Assembly (NCBI RefSeq): GCF_009914755.1
Contig: NC_060934.1
From: the human T2T-CHM13v2.0 reference genome, Homo sapiens
Reading direction: 5' to 3' (one strand)
Length of the DNA stretch: 64,000 bases
Of this stretch, positions 56,301 to 64,000 are shown piece by piece. Positions within the stretch are counted from its first letter, which is position 1, and every line of letters starts with the position of its first letter. The notes under the pieces are model-generated. The model searched no databases. It was not told the DNA's origin and worked only from the letters and a program-made list of their open reading frames with translations. The position numbers and the translations under genes are program-made.

Positions 56301-57789
56301 TTGTTGGTATACATGTCCTTGATTCTATATTTTGTCTCTTTCAAATTGAAGAGACCTGAACCTTAGGGGAGAGATAATGTCTGTTGTGTGCAAAGGGACC
56401 AACCGCTAATAAATTCATCTTCTGAGTTGTAATTTTTATGGATGATAAAATATCCATTGAGCCCCACTGTTCAATGTTGTAAGGGATTGCTGTTGAGATA
56501 GCAACATGTCTTGTTTTCTGGTCTGGAAATTTGGTTGCCCTGGAGCTAGGGTACAGTTTGGACCTTGAGACAATTAAAATTTCGTGGGGTGCTTAGGCTT
56601 AGCTGGAAGCCTGTGCTTGGTGATTTGCCAGGCTGCCTCTTTCATTACGAAGGGTAGTGATGGGTTGATGACATGGGTATAGGATGATGCTGGCCCCTTC
56701 CTGCTGGGCACAGTGAAAGGGAATCCAGCTTCCTCTCAGCTCCTGTGCAGTTTAGTCATGTCTAGTGCCTCAGTGGAAAATGTGATGGCTGTCAGAGTCC
56801 AGCTTTGTGATGATTGGACTGCTTTCCCTTATTAGCTGCATTGGTGCACTATAGGATAAATGTCCCCCCGCATCTCTGTAGTTATACCAGCCCTTTGGCT
56901 AAGATTTGGTAAGAGCGGGAATGAAAAACCTTGACTCTGGATTCCAGTGTAAGGTAAATGCACTGGTGGCCACTGTTATTCTCATAGTATTCTTTGGACA
57001 GTATCAGCATTAGGATTATTATTATTTTTCTTTTCCCTAGATGTCCTACATAATGGGAATTAGCAGCTGGAGAGGCCCCATCCCTGAAAATGGGCCGTGG
57101 TAGTATGTGGCCTGAAAAGAATTAGATCCAGTGGGCAAGGATAAAACCATCTGGTGAAACCCTGATCTGCTCCACAACCTGTATTTTGCAGACCAGAGAC
57201 TCAAGCTGCCCTTTGAATGACCTCTGAAAAGTCACGAGTCATAGAAGTGGCCCCTTCTGAGCTTAAGGGAGTCCTGGGGTTAGAGAGGAGGTTTCCACCC
57301 TGTTGATCAAATGATTCAGCATTCAAGGATTTGAAGCATCAGTGGGGGGAGGTGCACCCACTGACCCCCACGACTAGACTAACTGGTGGCTCAGACAGCG
57401 CCCTCTCTCAAAAGCTGTTCTTAGACAGCGGTGCTGGGCTTATTTTCTGGCACCATGACAACCAAATGGTGCCCCTTTCAGTGGTTCTTTATTCTAGTGG
57501 CTTGCTTAAACACATTCAGAGCTTCACATTAAATATAGGTCTTCTAGAGCTCAGGCACCAGAACCCTGAACCCCTAACCCCAAGGCTCAGTCCCTTACAA
57601 GGAACCCCAAACCCTTCCTTCTTATTTAGGCCATCACTCCTCAAACCCTGAGAAAGCTCAGCAGAAAACCTCCTCAGCCTTCAGCAATACAAAGTCATGC
57701 TATCATTGTTCAAGGATAGGGAAAGCCAGTCCTTTGAAACACAATAGCAGATTTCCTTGAAGGGGAGGAGAAATGCTTTGGTGTCTTCT

Positions 57790-59050
57790 TATTTTTTTTA
57801 ACAGCTTTATTGATGTATAATTCACATACCATACAATTCACCCAGTTAAGGTATACAATTCAGTGGTTTTAAATATGTTCACAGATATGTGCAGGCATCA
57901 CTACAGTCAATTTTAGAACATTTTCATCATCTCAAAAAGCAACCCTGTTTCTTTTAGCTATCACCCTCTATCGCCCCATCCTGTGCCTCTCCCCCAGCCC
58001 TAAGGAACCACTAATCCACTTTCTGTCTCTATAGATTTCCCTATTCTGGACTTTCATATGAATGGACTTTCATACTGTTTGGTCTTGTGACTGGCTTCTT
58101 TCACTTCGCATAATCTTTTCAAGGTTAAATATTCATTTATACGGTAGCATGAATCAATATTCATACTTTTCACTGCTGAATAATATTTCATTGTATGATT
58201 ATGCCCCATTTTATTTATCTGTTCATCAATTGTTGGACATTGAGTTGTTTCCACTTTTGGATTATTATGAATAATACTGCTGTGAGCATTCATGCAGAAG
58301 TTTTTGTGTGGACATAGTTTCCATTTCTTTTGGATAAATACCCAGGATTGGAATTGCTGGGTCACATGATAACTCTGTTTAATCTTTTCAGGAATGGCCA
58401 GACTGTTTTCCAAAGCAGCTGCACATTTTACATTCCCACCAGCAATGCAAAAGGGTTCTAGTTTCTCCATATCTTTTTTTTTTTTTCCCGGAGACGGAGT
58501 CTTGCTCTGTTGCCCAGGCTGGAGTGCAGTGGCACAATCTAGACTCACTGCAACCTCTGCCTCCTGGGTTCAAGCAATTCTCATGCCTCAACCTGAGGCA
58601 TGAGTATTTGGGATTACAGGTGCGTGCCACTATGCCCAGCTAATTTTTATATTTTTAGTAGAGACAGGGTGTCACCATGTTGGCCAGGCTGGTCTCAAAC
58701 TCCTGACCTCAGGTGATCCGCCCACCTTGGCCTCCGAAAATGGTGGGATTACAGGCGTGAGCCACCACACCCAGCCTGATTTCTCCACATCTTGAACAGT
58801 GTTTCTTATTGTCTGTCTTTTGGTTATAGCCATCCTAGTGGGTGTAAACTGATATTTCATTGTTTTGATTTGCATCTTCCTGATGGCAAATGATGCTGAA
58901 CATCTTTTCATGTGCTCTTAGCCATTTGTATATCATAGAAATGTCTAGTCAAATTATTTGCCCATTTTTAAATTGAGCTGTCTTTTTTATTTTTGATATA
59001 TATTCTGGATATAAGTTCATTATCAGATATGTGGTTTGCAAAATAGATTT
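57790..59050 (-). mobile_element. L1MB-like 3' end
   Basis: acagctttattgatgtataattcacataccatacaattcaccc, typical reverse L1MB 3' terminus. Confidence 0.88.
58474..58777 (-). mobile_element. Alu (AluS-like) inside L1
   Basis: TSD tttctccatatct / tttctccacatct. Confidence 0.94.
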
Positions 59051-59219
59051 AGATATATGTATAGGTATAGATATATGAATGAAGATCAGGCAAGTGGCAA
59101 AGGAGGTTTACAATTTTATTTACAGTGGAGCTTGTTAAACATGTCCCTTGGACATTCATCTCCTTCTCAATATTTCTCACATTATTCTACCAGCAACAAC
59201 TTTCAAATATGATTAAAAA

Positions 59220-59346
59220 TTTTTTTTGTAGCAGCAAGATCTTGCTATGTTGCCCAGGCTAGTCTCCAACTTCTGGCCTCAACTGATCCTCCTGCCTCAG
59301 CCTCCGAAAGTACTGGGATTACAGGCATGCGCCACTGTGCCTGGCT
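59220..59346 (-). mobile_element. Alu monomer (FLAM-like)
   Basis: Single reverse left monomer ending gccactgtgcctggc. Confidence 0.85.
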
Positions 59347-59617
59347 CCAAATGTGATTTTAAAAATTTTCCAACTTCTCCAGATTCTCCCAAACTCCAGT
59401 CTGCATAGCTTTTCTTTTTTTTCCCTCCTCCCTTTCTGCCTAAATGTTGTTATCTAAATTGTTTTTTTTATTATCCAAACTCTGCACCCCAGAGCAGTGG
59501 CTGGGAATGAGATTGTCAGTCCACAACCTTGGGCACAAGGACATCATCCAACACAGTGATGGTTGAGGAAGAGGTCGCCACATCACAATAATGCACTCCG
59601 TTATGCACAGGTACAAG

Positions 59618-59770
59618 CAGGGCCATCACTAGGGTGAGACAAGTGAGTGTCTCACCCTTGTGCACCTTCTCTCAGGGTCTCAGAAGTGCCACCCATATAC
59701 TTCTTAGTGAGTGCCTCCTTAAATTGTGAGTGCTGGGCAGCTCCCTTGTCCCACTCTAGTCCTAGCCTTG
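59618..59770. mobile_element. MER96-like hAT MITE
   Basis: TIRs cagggcc..actagggtgag / ccactctagtcctagccttg; gtacaag duplicated on both flanks. Confidence 0.7.
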
Positions 59771-59869
59771 GTACAAGGGCCTAAGAGAGTCTGTGGTTTA
59801 GAAATGAATACCATCTTCCTAGTTCAGGAATGACCTTGACTGAACCCTCAGGTACATCAATACAGATAT

Positions 59870-60150
59870 TTGTAAAATAAAAGCTAAGAGTGGCTTCTGC
59901 ATTTTTAAATGGTTGAAAAAAATCAAAAGAAGGATACTATTTCATGACATGAAAATTATATAGAATTGAAATTGTATTGCTCATTAATAAGGGTTAGGGA
60001 GCACAGCCATACTCATTCTTTTATGTATTGTCTGTTGGTGCTTTTACCCTCTAATGGCAGAGTTAAATAGCCACAACAGACACTGTATGACCTGCAGAAA
60101 CTAAAATATTTGTTATCTTGTCCTTTACATGAAACCTTTGCCTATCCTTG
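59870..60150. mobile_element. MER58B-like hAT relic
   Basis: tttttaaatggttgaaaaaaatcaaaagaag...cacagccatactcatt...aaaatattt..tatct. Confidence 0.7.
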
Positions 60151-63100
60151 GCTTAGAACATCCCTCGCTACCTGGCTAACTCCCATTCAGCTTTCAGGCC
60201 TGAGCTTAGTTTCACTTTCTCTTGGTGGTCTTCTCTGCCAGCCCCCAACTCCCACCCTGGACCCTAGGCCAGAGTTTCTGACAGTCAGTGCTCAATATGT
60301 ATTTCTCGAATGACTCTTTGAATTATAAATGAAGAAGGGCGGTTTCCACCCACTTCTGCTGTCTCCTTCTTTCCTTCCCCAGAACTACTGCAGGCTTGTT
60401 AGCTGTCCTCCGCCTGACCCTCAGAGCTTGGAACCAGTTCTTTTGTGCAATACCTGTAGGACGGAATCAGGATTTTCCATTGAAATTTGAAAGGATCTTT
60501 TTCAGTCCTGCAAACCCAGCAATCCATGCTTGTCATCTCCCCAGACTTGGCCTGAAAGGTCATGTTTGCATCTCCTTGTCCCTGGCTCCCCATTTCAACT
60601 GGCTGTTAGAACCCTTGAGAAAGTTTCTGGATCCTTTTTGCTTACAAGGGAACACCTGAGACAGCTGTGTGCTTCAGTGGGCCAAGAAGGAAACACGCCT
60701 CCCGATCTCAAGACCCCAGAGCTCTGTCTCTGCTCTTCAGAACCCCCAGTGCTTCCTAGACAGAATTTTCCACATGGACTGGAGGGAATCTAGCTTCTGT
60801 CAGTGGGGGTTCGGGGATGGACATGGTGGTGGAGGGATAGGGACAGCATGCTGTCGTTGTAAGTTGGGGAGATCATTTCATTCCTGGGGTTTGGAAGGTG
60901 TTTGTCTAGTTCCTTCAAACCATTTGACACCAATACTTTTGGTAAGAGACCTGAAACAGCACCCCTCTCTTCTAAAAAGAGCCAAGTACTAATTCCAGCT
61001 CTGCCATTGGCTGCTTGTGTGACTTGAGCAAGTCACTTTAGGGCCGAGAATTTTAGGTATTTTTCAGTATTAAAAAAAGAGGGAGGGCAGACATGTATTC
61101 ATTGCCTGCTGTATGTCAGGCACTGTGTCTATAATTTGCATATAGTAATTTAACAAATTATAAATTAACACTTCCTCTTAAGTCTAAAATTGTGCCAGTC
61201 TGTGGCTTCCTGATTTAAATCCTGACCCTGAGTTTCAGGTTGAGTATTCTACCTCCCTCAGCAATGCCTCCTTGAGGTTTGATTTGGAATGAATCTTGTG
61301 ACTCACTCCCTGACGCTGTGTAGTAGAAGGGCAGAGGATTTGGCTAAGCCTGGAAATGTCTGTAGAAGTAAGATGGTAAGTACTGGCTGGATGCTTTCTG
61401 TGTCTTACACTGGGCTTCCCAGATGTCTTGTCTTTTATCTTTTCTTTCCTTTCATTCTCATGGCGACTGTCTATGAGGTTAAACACCCCCATTTCATTGG
61501 GTCCTGTGTGACCAATGTCACACCATGTTAGCACTTGAACCCAGGTCTGGCTACCTCTAAAGTCCATACTCATAACTGCTCCTAAGTTCCTCTGGAAGAT
61601 TCTGATGCAACTTACCCCTATAACTTGGCAGAAATTCTGTTCTCTTATTAAATGTGCAAATGTTGAGCTGGATGAGTCCCTGAGCTCTTTTTTTTCTTCA
61701 AATGTGAACTGGGTGTGACTTTTGGATGAAATGGGAGATGCAGGGAACAATACCAATTCTTAATGCGAGGGGTGTGTTGTCTATTGAAATGGCTAAGATT
61801 TATTTTTTATGACTCAGCCTGCTAGGAGGAGGAAACCAAGCCCCAAGGTTTGAATGTTTTACAGAATTGCTATAATTTAGAAGTACAGTTAAGAAGTTTT
61901 ATAAGTAAGTAAGCAAGAGCAAAGTCCAAAGCAAACTGCACACATCTTGAGTCAGAATCTATAGCTTATTCACAATCATGCTGAGATACCCAAAAATACT
62001 GGCAACGTATGTTAGTATTTTTCCATTTTAATTTAGTTTTCTGTGATCTCTCAGGGTTCTGACCAACCGACCTAAGTATGAAAGACATGACTCAGTAGCA
62101 TTTCTTTCCATAATCACACCATTAGAATGAAGTTTTCACCTACTTCACAAGGTTGTGAGGCGGTAGGAAAAAGATCTAAGCGTGTTGTATATTAAAGTGC
62201 TTGGCAAACACTATTTAAACCTCCCTGCAAGTATAACTTTTCTCCTCTTACTCCATGCTCTAAAGGATTCAGAGTGAGGCACCTGGAGGAAAAACAGACA
62301 CAAAACTACAGAGGAGGCAACAAAACAAAACCAGAGGCACCCTGTTTTCCTTTCATAAATGCTGCAAGCGCAGTCGAACCCGCTATGGAAACCCGACGCT
62401 TTGGTTTGCCTTTCAGGGTGCTGGCATGAATGAATAATAACTTCATTTTCAACTTGAGATTAGATAACTTTTATCACCAACACCTACTTCATTTTATCCC
62501 TATGTTTTAATAGAATAAGGAATAGAGAATCAATTTGTTGGTAGACCATGCTGAGTAGCTTAGCTTCAGAAAGATTTAGCACCAAATTATAAATGGTGAC
62601 ACTTTAATAGTGAGTGTGATGTGCATTGGGAGCCAGCCTGTGGGAGTTTGGCAGTTGGAAAGCCCCATAGCTTCATTTTTTCCAGATTTTTGTACCCTTC
62701 CATCAGATAGTAACTCCTTAGCCTTGAGAAACTCTCTTCCAGGACAAGGGGAAAGTTTATTTGAGTTCTAAATTGTTTAATAGCAAATGCATTATTTGTC
62801 TCTTTAATGAGACCAAGAAAATGGCTTCAGACCCTGGTTGAACCAGCCAGTTCTCCTTTTGATGGCCACAAACCAAATATGGGCAGTGTAATGATGGTAT
62901 GACTCTGGCCTGACTAATATTTTTGTGAGGAGAATGCCATTATTATGGTGACCATATTTTCCAAACAAAAAATTGGGAACTTTTTATTCAGAGGAAAGAG
63001 GGGCAGAATATTTGAAATTGAGACTGACCCAGGAAATCCAGAATGAATGGTCTTGGTAGCTATTGATCACAGCATAAAGGAAAAAGAATGTGAATGAACC

Positions 63101-64000
63101 AGTGCAAATCTAATTGGTTGCTAGAAAAGTCAGGAGCCTCAAAATGAATGACTTGCTAGTGGTGGCAAAGAATCACCATCTACATGCAAAGAAAACACAT
63201 TAGATGCCCTGAGAATCCAGTGACTGTTTTTCTCAGAGTTTTTATTTTTCTGTATTTTTGCCGAGTACATTTAGTAGCTACCATGTTTTGGAAATGTGAA
63301 AGTAATGAAATAGATTTAAACTCCAGGTCTTGCTCAGCTAAATAATGTCCCTTTCCAAGGAATCACCTTGAAAGGTTGTCCCCACTTTCCATTTATGCTG
63401 CCATTATGCACAATGTCTCAACCCTTGGATTGAGATTTTTAGAAACAATCCATTCAAGCATCCTGGCTAATGGTGGTTTGGGTCCATATTGACATGTGAT
63501 TATAAAGGACAGGATTGGTTTTATTAGAGATCTTAAAAACTGAATGGAGGTGAAAGGAGATGTCTGGAAATATTTTAAGCAAAGGTAAAACTATATGTTT
63601 TGTATACAAAACACAAACTTGAACACAGACTTGGCCGTTGCTTCACAGTCCTGGCCATGGCTCTCTTCAGTGTTGATGGACAGTTCAGAGGCACTCACAA
63701 ACTCAGAATGCAGCTTTGGTTTGGACTGAGCCTCATGGGCACAAAGCTCATGCCAAAGGGCAGATTGGAATTTAGCCCTGTCTCTTCCACCTTCCTCGGC
63801 TAGATGCCCTTCTACAGGGCACAACCTGCCCAGCCCCACATGGTCATGCTAGCTAGAAGCACATGGAACAGAAGCAGAAGAGCTTCTGAAGCCCAAAACT
63901 TCGATTTTTTTTTCTTGGATTCATACATTATATGCTCAGAACAGTGGAGTCTGTTGAGTTCCAATGGCCTAAAATATGAAGACATTAAATTAATTCAGGT

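Noticed and set aside
58054-58911. 164-aa and neighbouring ORFs
   Set aside because: Alu plus decayed L1 ORF2/3'UTR chimera.
61235-61756. 173-aa minus-strand ORF
   Set aside because: Non-ATG start, includes MIR-like sequence, no recognisable homology or splice context.

Overview
Human-type (primate) genomic DNA, rich in repeats, containing the 5' end of PLCE1 (phospholipase C epsilon 1) on the + strand. It holds a CpG-island promoter and non-coding first exon (~12.7-13.65 kb; donor after 13351), a ~36-kb intron 1, and the 1,570-nt exon 2 (49774-51343; ATG at 50138, 402 codons, phase-0 donor), followed by the start of intron 2. The rest is mostly Alu, L1, L2/MIR, MaLR LTR (including one intact MSTB provirus) and DNA-transposon relics. 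Almost all ORFs in the supplied track other than 50138-51355 look spurious. Most notable observations: (1) an unexplained ~650-bp fold-back (~280-bp arms) in intron 1 at 31.1-31.75 kb; (2) an inverted local copy of an ancient MLT1F LTR segment inside a younger Alu at 47.96-48.1 kb; (3) a strong-Kozak uORF in exon 2 whose 20th codon ends at a phase-0 CAG|GTAACA donor, predicting an alternative short N-terminus for PLC-epsilon; (4) exon-2 back-splicing predicting a 411-aa product. Repeat subfamily names come from recalled consensus sequences, and repeat boundaries are approximate unless target-site duplications (TSDs) are quoted.
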